From positions 310,001 through 374,000 of the forward strand of contig BDGG01000008.1 in assembly GCA_001949185.1 (NCBI GenBank): a stretch of DNA of 64,000 nucleotides. Reading direction: 5' to 3'. The stretch is from Ramazzottius varieornatus (Eukaryota; Animalia; Tardigrada). Positions 37,830 through 51,215 of this stretch are shown piece by piece (position 1 is the first letter of the stretch; the number at the start of each line of letters is the position of its first letter). Position numbers and translations under genes: made by a program. A model generated the notes under the pieces. That model saw only the letters and a program-made list of their open reading frames with translations. It was not told the DNA's origin and did not search any database.

Positions 37830-38535
37830 TTCGAGTCTCTAGCGCTTTTAAATCCCATCAAGTTATGACAGGTCGCAATCAACTGCACCCTTGAAAGAAA
37901 GATTCGCTTCCGCTCAAGTTACGTGTATAAGACTTCCGATCAGAACAGGTGTCAGATGGGGCTCAGAAAGATCCCGAAACACAGTCCATCATGGTCACAT
38001 GCCCCTCGAATCAGAAACCAAGTTAAGTTTCCCAATGAAATTGAAGATACTGCTCGAAAGTACCCCGCGATGAATAAACTTAAACGCCACGCGAGCTGTT
38101 GGAAAAATTCTCGTGCCAACAAATTGAAACTGTGTGCTACAGATTTCACTTATCATCCAATGATTCCAATCAATCGAATTCGAGTTCAGGGTGACACTGA
38201 TCATTTGGAGACGTTCTCAGTGAAAGAGCCCTCTTCCTCATCTTTTCATCCATCAAAAGTGAGATGAGTAACCACGCCAACAAAAAGCAGTATGACATGT
38301 AACGTAAATCAAAGTGTATCTGCACAAGCAGTAAAACAGAGAAAAGAAGCGGAAGATCATCAAGTAGAGCGATGAGGGGTGGAGAAAAGGTGAGCGGAGG
38401 AACGTTAAAAGCTCTAAAACTTTCCAAACATAAAACGAAAGGTTGCCCATTGTGACTAGTCCGAAAACGACAACAGAGTTTGAAACACGAACAAACTCAC
38501 CGACAAATTTTCCAACCGACAAAAGACTGAACACT

Positions 38536-41500
38536 TCACTTCACCTTCTTGACGATGCCAGCTTTCGCCATCAGATCTGCCGCTGAACAGTTGCTCCCTT
38601 CCATCCGTAGTACTCCCAGCATGATCGAGTCGTCTTCATTCAGCAGAACCTTGAAGGTCCCCTGCTGGTTAACCAGAAGCGCCGTTGATTGATCAATCTC
38701 TTCTGGAGTGAAGTACTCGCCATTCAGTGGCTGAATATCTACAAAGAGCCGGACGTAACTAACCTGGAACTCAACCCGGAAGTGATCTGGGCAACGATAT
38801 GGGACATGACCAAACAACCTCGAAAAGATTTTTCGAACTGGCGCAGGCCATTAGCAAATAACACAGAAAACGTGCGCCATTCGGAAAATAAACTCGTCGA
38901 GTTCGTTTGCCGAGCTCCCTCATATTGAAAATAAGATTATGGAGAACTGAAAAACCGTTTATTAAAGCGATCGTTAAAGAGAACTTACTGCCAAGTCCAG
39001 CTTGGAAGACCATTCTGGGGTAGCTCATGAGGAGCGGCGTCATGGAGCGCATGTCTTCCAGCGAGAGTTCTTCTTCGTTGCCGTAGTCGATGTACGTCAC
39101 CTGAGCCTTTCCGGTAGGCGTGAAGCCAGTAACAGCCGCTCGATACCATGCGTTATCTAGAAACCGACAGAAAACTGGTTACTACTGAACAACAACGCTT
39201 TCTCTGCGAGTTAGAATGAACTTGGGGAGTCTTTTTTCGGTTCGTTTTGGGCTTTCTTACCGAGTGAGAAGCGACCAATAACCAGCGCACCTTCCGCAGG
39301 CATGTCCACATGTTTCGGAGCAGTTTGACCAGCAGTCTGCAAGTCGCTCGCCAGCTGTTGAACTCGTTGATCTGAAAAGCGGCGCCGAATAAGGACTAGT
39401 AAGATGAAAGGGAATGTAGACAAACTCCGCAAGATGGATTTTTTCCAGTGGCGCACACGTCCGACCAATCACACTATAACCGTGCGCCACTTAAAAAAAA
39501 TCTTTACAAAGTTGTCTGCCGAGCTCACAGATCTAGAAATTATTCGAGATTATTTGTAGAAATATTTGTTTGGAATTTTCGCGTACCGGACAGGAGGTCT
39601 TTGCCGTACAGCAAGTAGACGAATTCAGGATCACTGACGTACTGGACACCCACCGGTATTTCGTCTCCAGTCTTGAACTCTCGCTCGTACTTGAGTTGGC
39701 TGACGTAGAAGTTGTAGTTTTCATTGATGACAATGGACTTGGGTAGTTCAGGGACAGGAGGCATGTTCACCGGCACCAGCTGACCTTCCGCGTTCCACAG
39801 GTGGATGAAGTTGGCCAGAGGGAAGTTGGTATCTCTTCCGAACTCTTCGTAGACCCAGTACTGGCTCACCATGCGCTTGAGCTGGTCCGTGATGCGAGCA
39901 TCCGTCAGCAACGGGGCCGGAACATTCTTCAAGGCGCTCATGTCCGTCACTGCCGCAATGGCCTGCACTTCTTCCGAAAGACCTTTCAGATTAGCTATAA
40001 AAGTCAAGAACAAAACTTGGAGAACCGCTGACTGCGGGCAAATCTCGCAAAACGGTAAAGTGGCGTAGGAAGAGCTACGTACAACGGTTCTACATTCACT
40101 GCGGTGCGTAGGTTTTGTAGATGGACGAACTTGTAAATCCACAAATAAATTAAAAGATAGTAAGGCATCTCATGCACCTGAATGCACAAATCCCCGTATA
40201 CGCCAGGACGCGCAAGTGGCCCGGTTTAAGAAAGAACGCGCACAATCTATTTTTCAGTCTTGAACACGACATCCGGGGCTAGTTTTCCAAATCGGAATTT
40301 CCAGATTTCATGTTGGTTTCAAAAACGAGCTTTTTGTAGTTGGTGTGTACACTTACCGACAGGAACGGTGAATGAGTCGCCAAAGTCCAGCAAGGTACCC
40401 TGGCAGAAGCTACCCGTGACTTTGTCCACGAGACCTCGGTACCACTCGTCATCGAAGAAAACACCCACTGGAGCATCCCGCGCGACACTTTCTGGGAGAA
40501 GTTGAGAACTGGACAGTGCCTCGTTCACTTTGCGTTGAAGCTGCACCAGTTCGTCCTTCTTACTCACGTCCACGATGAAGACGTTGACGGCATCCGTCAC
40601 GTTCAGCAGGTACCCGATACCGACCTGAAACCCACAACAATAAGCCAGCAATCAGAAGGGTTTGGAATGCTTGCAAATCTACCTCATGGCCATCTTTGCG
40701 AAGTCTTTTTGCCAGCAAGATCGTCTTCAGCGGGATATCTTCAATCGCCAGACGGACTTGGTACTCTGGAGCTCGCATGACTATGGTTGCATCCACAGTC
40801 TCCGAGGAAGCGGAGCCGGCTTTTCCTTGCAGAAGGTTTCTCAGTTCGTCCAAGAGGTTCGGGTGTTGTTCCACCGACGGCAGCTCTATCAGTCCAACGA
40901 CCACGGCGCCTACAGGTTCTTTGCCAAATTGTTCGTCCAGAGGGAAGGTTGTCTCTTGCGTCGCTTCTCGTTCGACACCTTCATCCACAAGGAAGACCAC
41001 CAAGTCAGAGGATGACTTCTCGGCTGTACACTTGGCTCTGTACCAGACGTTGTCGATGCAGACTGACACTGGCTGGTTCGGCTCCACACTGGAAAATCAA
41101 AACCTTTCAGACGTCGGAGCTCGGCAAGATTGTTGTCGCAAATGGCGCAAGTTTCCAGTGATCTTAGCTGAAAGCGTGCGCCACTGGGATAACTTCATAA
41201 GAATGCTTCTCAGAGTGGCGCACTTCTCCGGTACTGTTGATTGAAAGCGTGCGCCACTTGAAAAACGAATCTTGTCAAGTCTGATGGCGAGACCCTGCCA
41301 TTCCTTTTCAACTCCTTCTCACATTTCTAACTATCCACTTTATGAAATCAGAGTTGCGGGTACTTACGGATACGGTCGAGCGTCGAAGCCTTCGTAGAAG
41401 TCCTTCAGTTGACGAGACATGTTGGCCACAAAGGCAAGAGGTTCGCTGTCAGCTATCAGGACTTGTCCCTTCTCGACGGTCCATACGGCGGCTTCGAAGT

Positions 41501-43435
41501 TGGGGAAGATGTGTCGGATGCACACATTGAAGTCCTCACGCTCTTTCACTGTGTTCTTCGTTCCTGGATGCATCAACCTGGAAATAACCACCGTAATTCA
41601 TTTTACTGGGAAACCGATGTCGACGTGGCGTCGTTCCTGGAACTATAAAGTCCTAATCCAGGGATATGGCTGTCCCAATCGACTTGTGTACTTACACGCC
41701 AGGTAAGAAGGCCGGCAGGGATCGAAGAGCAAGCTTCTTCGGGATTCGAACTGAAGGGGATGATACTGCAGGTGGCAAGAAGGTAGAAACTACAGTCGAA
41801 GATGTGGCGACGCCAAACTGGTTCTTCCGCAGACTCCTCACACCGGCAAAGCTGACATCTCCGTCTTTCGGCGGCTCCACCTTCTCCATGACCACTAAAA
41901 GAAAGGCTCGACGTAGATATTCAAGGCAATTTCGATCAAGTTTCTCGACCTACTCGACATGACTTATTCCTTGGCCTCTGAAATGCACACCTTTAGTTTC
42001 GGAATTGCCTGCACTGAAACAATTTTCACCGCTCTGTTCAGGCTCAGTAATCCAAGCACTGGAGAACACGTCTGTCCGAATGATCACGGTGCCATCTACT
42101 TTAGTTTATTTCTTACCTGGAGGTTGTCGCACGATTACTGGGGAGACAGCGGCTGAAGCCACACCGGAATCTGGACGTTGGTTATTCCTTTCTTCGGGAT
42201 CGTGAGCTCCGTCCACTGGTGCGCTGCTTTTCAGTCGGCTAAGCTTATCTTCTACGAGGGCATTCGAACGTACCGTTAGATTCTTCTAACACGGCGGAAC
42301 GAACCAGAAATTTGATGCTCGATTACGTTGAATCTTACCTCGGGGAGGCGTGGCGGCATCGGTTAACGAGGTAGAAGACTTTTCCAGAGCGGAATACAGG
42401 CTCGCCAAGACATAGCCCGCGACGATTTCCTTCCCGCTCGCGGTGAGGCGCAGGGCGACGTATTCGTGGCCTTCGACGCTGATAGCTGCTACAGTTCCAT
42501 TTCTGATAACCGGAACGCTGAAAACAGAAAGCTAAGGTTAGGAACTTTCGAATGGTAACACTTCCGGGTGAATGCAAACGATTCTCACTGCTGCGCTGGC
42601 TGGACATTGAGAGGCGTTGTTCCTTCAGTGAAACCGCGCGTCGTGTTGCCCTTGCTGAAACTAGATATAGCAGATGAGCGAACCCTTTACGCCGTGGTCG
42701 AAGATTTGAGATTTGAAGAGGAAAAGTGGAAAAGACAATTCACATCCACAAAAACTTACCTAAATGAACTGGATCCTCCAAAGCTTCCCCTAAAGCCTCG
42801 TCCTCCGTAACGACCAGTGTTGAATCGATCCTGTGGATAAGCGAAGTTATACAACATACCAGTACCAGGAAACACCGCTGCAGAGTTCAAAGAGAACGAA
42901 AACGCGGTTCTCGCGCATGGAAGAGAAAGCAAACAACTTGCTGTCTTTGTTCGGGAAACAAAGCCTTACCAGCGATCGACTGTCCCATGTCAACCGTAAT
43001 CTTTTCACTCCAGAACCCAGCGACGCTCCTTTCAGTTTGTCCATGACTTCTCGAGCTTCTGCTCCAGTGCTCATTGTGATTACTCTACAACAAGAACAAC
43101 CATTAGAAAACGATACTGACAAGTGACAGAGAAGTCGGAAGTAACTTCTTACTGAAAACTGTGTCAAATGTAGTAGCAGAGAACAAGTTGAAAGTTTACC
43201 CCGCTCGAGTGTCTTGGTCATCCTTCTTCGAGAGAAGTCTCACAGAGACAACTTGACCATACTTTCCAAACTCAGTCCGAATGGTTTCCTGCAGAGCAAC
43301 AACATGCTCATGATCGAATAGTAATTCGATTTGAGATACGCAGAGAGCGGAATTCTCTGGGAACTTTACCTCATCGTCTGGTAAGTTTGTCACAAAGATG
43401 GAAGCGAAATCTTCGGGGATTTCCTGGTCCGCCAT
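38536..43435 (-). CDS. RRM + RGG + multiple extended Tudor domain protein (Vreteno/TDRD-like, piRNA-pathway type)
   Basis: N-terminal SIFVTNLP...EFGKYGQVVSVRL (RRM); YGGRGFRG; Tudor motifs DNVWYRAK..VFLVDEG, DDEWYRGLV..LLDFGD and DNAWYRAAV..VTYIDYGNEE. Confidence 0.8.
38839..38879. repeat. Dyad element N29 (Tudor intron)
   Basis: aacTGGCGCaggccattagcaaataacacagaaaacgtGCGCCAttc...ttgccgagctc. Confidence 0.85.
39449..39489. repeat. Dyad element N29 (Tudor intron)
   Basis: cagTGGCGCacacgtccgaccaatcacactataaccgtGCGCCActt...ctgccgagctc. Confidence 0.85.
41143..41256. repeat. Two tandem dyad elements N29 (73-bp period; Tudor intron)
   Basis: 41143-41183 and 41216-41256, preceded by gagctcggcaa. 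Confidence 0.85.
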
Positions 43436-43682
43436 GATCGTTCACAGTATGAACACCCTTCCCTGTTGAATGCTACACTGGAAAATCTTTCGAAGACGCT
43501 ACAGCTTAAACTAGGAGCAGATACCAGGGCCCGTACATATACTTCGAAAGAGATTCTTTCCGCTCAGCTACATTCGATGCCTTCCGGAAACCTGGAAGAA
43601 ACTCAACAAGGAACAGAAAGCAACAACGAAACAAGAACGAAAGAAAATGCCGTCACGAAAAAATGAAAACAAGGCAAAGCTA

Positions 43683-44274
43683 CCATTGCGGTCAGAAACG
43701 TGAGGACATGGCCAATAAATCAATCAGAACCGACCGCATGACGTGACGCCACGGCAATCAAAAGCCTTGATCAACGTTTCCGGTTCAGTCAGCTGTTTTC
43801 AGGCGTAACAGGTGTTCCTTTGTGATGCCGGGAGTCTTACTTCTTAGTTCCTGTAATCTCTTCTGTGATATCCATCGCTACCTCTGTCATTGTGTTCTGT
43901 AATATAGTCTAGAATGAGCCGAGGCCACAGGGTTAGTGACGTGGTGGTGAGAGCAGTCAGAAGAATGAGGAAAGACGACATCAGCTGGAGCCAAATTGGA
44001 CGTTACTTTGGGCATTCTCGAAAGTGGGCATCTGATCTTCTGCGGCATCGACGTCTGAGTGATGACATTGCTAAGCTCTGTAAGAAGTTGTACGGAACGA
44101 TGGAAAGGCGTTTGGAGGATCTTCTTCTCGATAATGGTCTGCGAACCAAGTGGTAATTCAGAGAGCGCATTCAATAAAATTAATCAAAACTTTTGATTGT
44201 CATACCGCCCCGAACTCCGCCTTTGGTTTTGATTGATTGATTTTTCCATGTCCTCACGTTTCTGACCGCAATGG
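43683..44274 (+). mobile_element. 592-bp non-autonomous Tc1/mariner-type element
   Basis: TA|ccattgcggtcagaaacgtgaggacatgg ... ccatgtcctcacgtttctgaccgcaatgg|TA: perfect 29-bp TIRs and TA duplication. Confidence 0.92.
43914..44156 (+). CDS. 80-aa HTH-only protein resembling a Tc1 transposase N-terminus
   Basis: MSRGHRVSDVVVRAV...SWSQIGRYFGHSRKWASDLL aligns by eye with MVRGIPVDPTLVSVV...NLSAVGRVMGKDHKWVKNVI of the Tc1 at 23095. AATAAA follows at ~44173. Confidence 0.6.
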   Translation: MSRGHRVSDVVVRAVRRMRKDDISWSQIGRYFGHSRKWASDLLRHRRLSDDIAKLCKKLYGTMERRLEDLLLDNGLRTKW

Positions 44275-44329
44275 TAGATCTGAAAATAATCGCAGATCCT
44301 GTTTTGATTTTTCGCCAGCCTATACTTTA

Positions 44330-44525
44330 AGGTGCCAATGAAGTGGGACAAGATTGGTCCGGGTCCGCGTAAAGAATCCCCGCGCTACGCGCCGTTTTGA
44401 CTGTTATGTGTCATGTCATAGCGATCAGCTGATCGATACACACGTTGACCAGATATTTCACCCACCATCCGCGCGGTCTTTTTACACGCACCCGGACCCA
44501 AACCTGTCCCGCATCATTGGCGCTC
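44330..44525. mobile_element. Degenerate ~195-bp MITE
   Basis: ggtgccaatgaagtgggacaagattggtccgggtccgcgtaaaga pairs imperfectly with tctttttacacgcacccggacccaaacctgtcccgcatcattggcgct; TTA/TAA flanks. Confidence 0.7.
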
Positions 44526-45152
44526 TAAAGCATTTACAGCCTACACCATTGGTCCAAGAACACTAGTGCCGCCTCCTGGCACTGGCGCGGCTGGAGTCGC
44601 CACTGGTCAGAGCCGCTCACAAGAGTCGACAAGATCCCGGAACGAGCAAATGGATACAATCATATCATCGATCTTGCTCAGAACTCGCTCTGGAAAAGCC
44701 GTTTTCAGCAAGAACCGAAAACAAAAGCCTTCCCACCATTAGTTATCATTGTCATTGACGAAACGAAACCAGTCGTGAAACTTCCCATCTTTGCTCGTGC
44801 AGTTTGCCGATCTGCTATGCGGAATATTTTGCTCATGCTCTATAAGGAAGTAATAAGAAAGCCTTTGTGTATCTCCGGTAGGAGATCTTGAAGTACAGGC
44901 ACAAGAAAACAGTATGAGATTCAAACAGTGAAGGTGTCAGATCCTTTGAGACACAAGGGGAAGTACGCAATCACATAGAAATCACATGACAACCTCACTT
45001 GAAATTTGAGAGCCTGGAAGAAGGAATGCATTTGCACCCAGAGGTAAACCTAAACTGGAATTAAAGTCTAGAAACCGAAAAAGCCTCAACACTTGAGAAA
45101 CGTATAGCAGACTCAAATGGTCTTGACAGAAAGCACAGAACTGGTCGAACGG

Positions 45153-48100
45153 TTAACCAGTCGACATGTCGTGGAAGCTGGGAGTCGTGCTCCGAGAGGG
45201 ACTTTCCGCCATAGACGCCTTGGATTCCTTCTTTCGCTTCAACTCAGACATCCTCAATCTCTAAAATGGACAAACCAAGCTATAATTATCCGATGGAAAC
45301 AAAAATAATGTCGTCGTATGGACTGTTGTCCACTGGATGAGATGCAGAGGGTTGAGACGGAAGTTCCAACTTACGAAGTCCGTAGCTTCTCCAACATGAA
45401 CGCTTTGCTGTTGTTTGAGCTGGACAGCATGCTGCATCTTCCGCTTGGCAGCTTGACTAAAATTATAATCATTGATGAAGTCAGCAACCGAAAACAAAGC
45501 AAGCGAACTAAGCCGAGAAATTCCTAACGTACTTTTCGCTGATCCTCTTCATCTTGAGGTCTTTCCATATGGCGCTAAAATCCGTCGAGAAAACAATCCA
45601 GATCTGCATGAACTCTTTGATCTGTTCCACTTCGTTCTTTCCTTTCGCCTGCCACTGCAGCAGAACCGTCACCTCGCGGAATCTGGACACGAAACAATAA
45701 ACAATCATGCGTCAGAGATCAACGACAAAGTTTGTTTTGAAGTTCATCCTACTTAAGACTTACTTGTCTTTGCACCCATTCACTTGGCTGATTTTATCCT
45801 CCAGTTTCGTAGTGGCCAATTGAAGAAACTCGGCCATTCGCTGATCGAAACCAGTCGATACGTGCTCCGAGGGTTCCTTCTCTGGCCGGGAGATAACGGC
45901 AGCCATGTCCGAGATCTCTGTCGAAGTAAAAGGTCACTTACATTGTCAATAGTCCTCACAAACTAACTGTCAAGAACCAAAGGCGGACTATCTTCCAAAA
46001 ACAACAAGTACTTTTTAATAAATTCCCAGTCTCTTTGAGTTCCGCCAACGTCGAGTCGGGTTCGGCATTCCCGGCTTCTTTCAACATGGCCGTCTCCGGT
46101 ACCGGAAACGCACAATCAGGGAAAGTGTCCTTTGAACATAAATAACCCGGACTTCACATCTCTTATTCACTAGAAGAAGTGGAAGTCTGCTTTTGACGAC
46201 GTCCAGATAGTTCGCTAAGGTTGAGTCGCTTACCCGTTCAAACTTTTCAATGTAGGTCTGTATCACGAGATGCAGCAGAGTGACTTGCTGATTCTTGCTC
46301 TTGCAGTTCTTGAGAGAAGTTAAGAGGTCAATTTGGAAGCCATCGGCTTGTTCTCGTGTACGATTTCCTGAAAATCAAGCGGAAGTCAGACCAGCACGAA
46401 CTTCGAAAATCGTTCACTCCATACACAGTTCTAGCTGTACCTCCATTCATGTAGTTTCCGTACGACAGTATGATTCCGAAGATCCTCTTGACAGATTCGG
46501 ACGTCGAAAGCCGTTCGAGGACTTCTTGAAGAGCCACAATAGGAGTTGAAAGTATGCTCAGACGTTCTTCGAATGAATGGAGAACCTTCAGACAAGCAAC
46601 TCGCGACTCAAAGTGGGTGATACTAGCCAAATCCAACAGCAACCTATGGCCGAAAGTACAGCATAAGGACTATTGGACTCAGGAGCCAAGTACCCGACGA
46701 AAGCATGGAGGACAACAGTTACCTCTCCGGCGTATCCAGCACGTCATTCGAGTTTTGTCTAATGATATTTCGAATGCTGGTTAACTCTTCTGAAGTGGCT
46801 TTCTGCAACAATGAAAACAGAATCATACCAAAGTTCTCTATTACCATTTCGCTGAGCCAGTTTTCGTTATCATCATCTGTAAATCTTCTGGAGGCGAAGA
46901 GAATAACAGTAGTCCACGCACCATTTCATCAAGCCGGTTCACAATTTCAGCCGTTAGAGTACCAGTGTTTCCATCGTACAGTGCTTGTTTGATGGCTTCG
47001 GCATCCAATCTTTTACCGTCAACTTTCAAGTTCCTCATAATTATCCCAACGCTCTGGCTGCGTTTATTATCCAGAACTCTTGCAACATTGGGCTATAACA
47101 ATAATTACACTGTTACGGATATCTGCTGCTGAAGACAAGAACTCTTCTCGTAATAATCACGTACAAGTACAGTACTTTTTCCTTCGCCTTGTCCTCGGGG
47201 ACTTCCGCCGAAGCTTCGACTTTTACTGTTGATTTCAGCTTCAACCTAACAGGCTCCGCTTTCTTCTTCGAAAATAGTTCCTCAATCAGGTTCTCGTCGA
47301 TCGGGACATCAGGTACTGTCTCCCATAGAGACTTCTTCCTGTACACGAAAATAAAATGAGCTGCATTTCGACTTCGTTCTTGCCGTACTGTGCGTCATCT
47401 ATCCCCGAGAAACCAATGTTCAGTCAACGGAAATCATACTTTGTGAGATTCGGCGGAGCATCTGATTCACTAGTCGAAGGAGTCAAAGGAGGCAGAGAGA
47501 CTACTAATGGTTCCGCAGGTATCACAATCTTGTTCCAAAACAGGGGAATCATTTCCTGCTTGGGCTTCTTGACAGGCTTCCGAGAAGCTGGAACGAAACA
47601 TTCCATTTTGAAACAAGTGCGAATATATGATAAGGAGGCAGAGACTGTTGAATGCTTACCAGGTCTCAAGACGCTCATTCCTCCCGGTGGAGGAGCCGGC
47701 AAAGATGGCGGAGAAAGTGGCTGGCTTCCCGGAGAGGGCGGTGGTTTTGGGCTGGCTAGACCCGGTGACGGAGGAGGTGGTGGAGGTCCTCCGAGACTGG
47801 GCGGAGGTGGCGGCGGTGGCGGAGCAGGAAACCGGGCTACATTTTGAGAAGGAGGTTGCGGAGGACCACTTCCGGCTACGAAAGACGTAACTGCGGAACC
47901 TGGAGGTGGAGGTGGTGGTGGCGGCGGCGGAGGACCGGCTGACCGAGGTGCATTCTCCTTCACCGGTGTCTGTAGAGAAACTGATGGTGGTGGTGGTGGC
48001 GGCGGCGGAAGCGGTGGTGGAACATGTGAAGCAGCTGCTCGGGGCTTATCCTGTTAGACAAAGCCTGACTAAGTATAATTGAACAATGTGATACGGAAAT

Positions 48101-48856
48101 TTGGTGAACCCGATTATGACACGCGAGGTAGTCGGATCTTACGCAACAAACAGAGGCCGAAGGAGGTGCTGCATTCTGACCAGAAGCGGGTATGAAAGGC
48201 GGAGGAGGTGGTGGCGGTGGAGGTTTCGGAACGATGCCCTGGAGATTATTCAGATTAAACACTCGTTAAGTTCCTTTAAATTAGACTGAAAATCCGAGAT
48301 TATTCAACAGTCAACAGTGCAAACGTACGGGAGGGACATTTGGAGACGGCGGTGGAAAGCTCTTGCTGGAGATAAAGGGTGGCGGAGGGGGTGGGGGAGG
48401 AGGAGGACGAGGAGCTGGTACTGAAGCCACTTTAGAGGTAAGTTTGCTTTCGATAGCGCCAGTGTCACCGGAAGTCGACGACTCCTCCGCAGCATTCGTA
48501 GCAGAGTTCGAGAAGGACGGCGGTACGGAATTTTTTATAGAAGGCAACACAGCCTGCACAGAGACAGCATGCACTTTCAGGTCTGCAATGTTTTCTATAG
48601 ATGTAGCAGCTTCGACAAACAACACCGGAAGTAGGGATAGTGATGGTGATGCGCGGCCAGCGAAGCCACATTTCGGACAACGTTCACGACGCCTTCGCTT
48701 GGCTTTCCTGGAGCTGGGTTGCGGAGCTCTCGGCGAACCCATATCCGTGTCTGACTCCTCACACGAAGACGGCGCAGGAGAAGTCTGGATTCCCGTATCG
48801 GAGTAACTAACAACCGTAGCGTACATCTCGTCGATCTTGGACGGCGCAGCTTCCAA
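45153..48856 (-). CDS. capu: Formin (FH1+FH2), FMN/cappuccino type; 5' end unresolved
   Basis: Polyproline tracts at 47690-48410; MIPLFWNKI, SLWETV, VLDNKRSQSVGII, GNYMNGGTAR|EQADGFQIDLL..LKNCKSK..VTLLHLVIQTYI. Confidence 0.85.
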
Positions 48857-49535
48857 TCAGTCTTGTCACTTGTGAGAAGGATCCGTGCAATCGCCCCCGA
48901 ACCTAGTAACAAGATGCACGGTGGCGACCAGCACCGATACTGAAGCCAGCAGAATCAGGAATCCACGTTGACCATCGGAAATATAAGTATGTAGTACTGT
49001 AGTTCCGCGAAAATTTTTGGAATGAATCCAAATAATTCGCACTTTCGATTTTCGAAACTCGAAAGTCATGGAAAAGAACAATCAAACCGATGTCAATCAA
49101 TCAGAGAATAGTAAATCCTGTAGTGACATCACTGAGAAATGTCACGGGCCACGGCTGACGAACTTAATCTTCCATCATCCCGAGTATCCATTGGTTTTCT
49201 GAGCGGTTATCGACGAACGACCAGTTTTACCACACATTTTATTTTGCTAAGCCATGCGTCAACTGTTGTAAAAAATTAAGCATACATCAATGGTCGTTTC
49301 GAGGCATTCTGAACAAGTATGAGACAAAGTGGTTGACTATGGAACCATCAGGAAAAAGAAACGGAAAATAAGCCACTGTGACATGACCAGCCGATCTGTA
49401 CCGCAAGTTATAGTATTCTGATACTCTAGAGTATTTGGTATGATAATATTGCAACAAATTCGTATCCTGTACAAAAGGACAACAACAGCTCGAACAATCC
49501 CGCAACTTCCGGTTGGAGAACCGCGATAGGAGTCT

Positions 49536-51215
49536 TTACGAAATTATGCAGCTACTGGTTGGATTCGGCACAAGCGGTACGAAGAGTTCTACGAAGAAAA
49601 GTCATACATTAGCGCGTTGTCCAAGCACACGAAGCAAAATTTAATTACCGTGGAAGTTCTGTGATAAAGGAAAGACAGGCTGAAGTTGTTTGACAAGAGA
49701 AGCTCGCGCAATGGGCGCAAGGTTCTTCGCTTCGGGAACCACCACGTGATAGATGAAATCATTGTCTCGCTTGGCAGATTCGTAGGCTTTCTGAATTATG
49801 AGCTCTGCGTTCCTGAACGGCCAATGAACATTGTCGAACTGCTTCCGCGAGGCGATGATCTCGTTCATTGCAATCTGGAAAAATCAACGCTCTTAGACAT
49901 TGCGAAATATTCCAGAAACACTTACGTACGTCGTAAGTGGTAACATGACCGTTCAGAAATTACCGTTAGATGTCCAAGCTCTTCCCCAAACTCCTGACTG
50001 GCTTTGTGACTTAAAGACTGGTAATAGTGAGCCATGGCGATGTATCCGTGGTGTTTACTAGCTACTAACGGAATCCATTCCTACAAATCAACAGCGTTTT
50101 CAACAGCAAAAAGATAATGAATTCATCCTCAAGCTTGACCTATACCTTGTCCCAACATGATCTAGCTGTGTCCTTCTGCATGAGCTTGGTGGCGTTCGCG
50201 TAAAAATCCGAGGTTTGTGCGGCCACTTTCGCGATGACGGTCTCTTTCATTTTGTCTAAAAACACAATAATCACATACAGCTTCAAGCTTTCATGTGATG
50301 GTTCTTAAGAGTAAGTAGTAAAATACAACTACCTTTCGCAGCTTTCATGAAGCAGACTTCCTGTGCTTGAGCAAGCATAAGCTGACCAAGGGCCTCTAAG
50401 GTGTTCTGGGAGAAGTCAGGTGTTGGGTCTTGCGGAATGACTGCGTGGACATGGTCTTTTATGTACTGGAACACTCCAGATGATAATTGAAAGTATTTCT
50501 GGGCGATCTTCAACCCGTCGTCCGAGTCGACTTCTTGGACACTGGCCACCTGTGTCATCATGGCGGCAGCGTTGAACAGTACACAAATCCTCTCGAACGC
50601 AAGTGAGGCATGGGCTGAAATAACAGAAATTTCCATCTATGCGAGCGCCTAAGATTCAGCTCGTATCCTTACTAAGATTTCTGGTGCTAGCAAAGATGCC
50701 CGACTTGTCGAAGGCGTTGTTCCACCGAAAAGGAATCTGGTAGCCCACGGACGGTATCTTAGATTCCAGTGAACCCAGCTGATCATAGTATCTGGAACAT
50801 TAACCGTATATGAACCCAGATAGCAACAACCGATCAGTGATCATCAATAGGCAATCAGTGATCATCAGTGATCACCATTATTCTTTCTACCTGTATAAAG
50901 TCTCGATCGAGGTTTCGGTCTTGTCCAACGTTCGTCCGACAGCATTCTTTCTAAGGCCTTCGAGCTCACGGATGCTGTTCAGAGTGTGGTCTGCGAAAAG
51001 AGATACGAAATGGACACGGTACTCAGTAATAGTTTCACGTAAAGGTTGGATTCGTCGAACTCAAAGCTAGAATTCTCACCTGCGCTGGCTTTCGTGTATT
51101 CCTTTGCCAAAGATTTCTTGAGAGGAGCAGCAAGGAATCCACTTTCATCCGTGTACTTGGTGGGACAAGCCAGGAAATGCTTGTCCACAATCTGAAGCAC
51201 AACCAGGTTGGCCAT
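49536..51215 (-). CDS. ALIX-type Bro1-domain-only protein with C-terminal CaaX (CIIS)
   Basis: YYDQL, IPFRWNNAFDK, FERICVLFN, DDGLKIAQKYFQ, MLAQAQE, AKRDNDFIYH. Last exon 49589-49536 gives ELFVPLVPNPTSSCIIS*. Confidence 0.85.

Noticed and set aside
31905-48856. knirps + Tudor + cappuccino proximity as a germ-plasm/patterning cluster
   Set aside because: No evidence beyond adjacency; unrelated genes are interspersed and synteny data are needed.
48856-49648. Possible Bro1-formin fusion (same strand, adjacent)
   Set aside because: The Bro1 gene has its own terminal exon with a stop at 49536, and no in-frame link was found.
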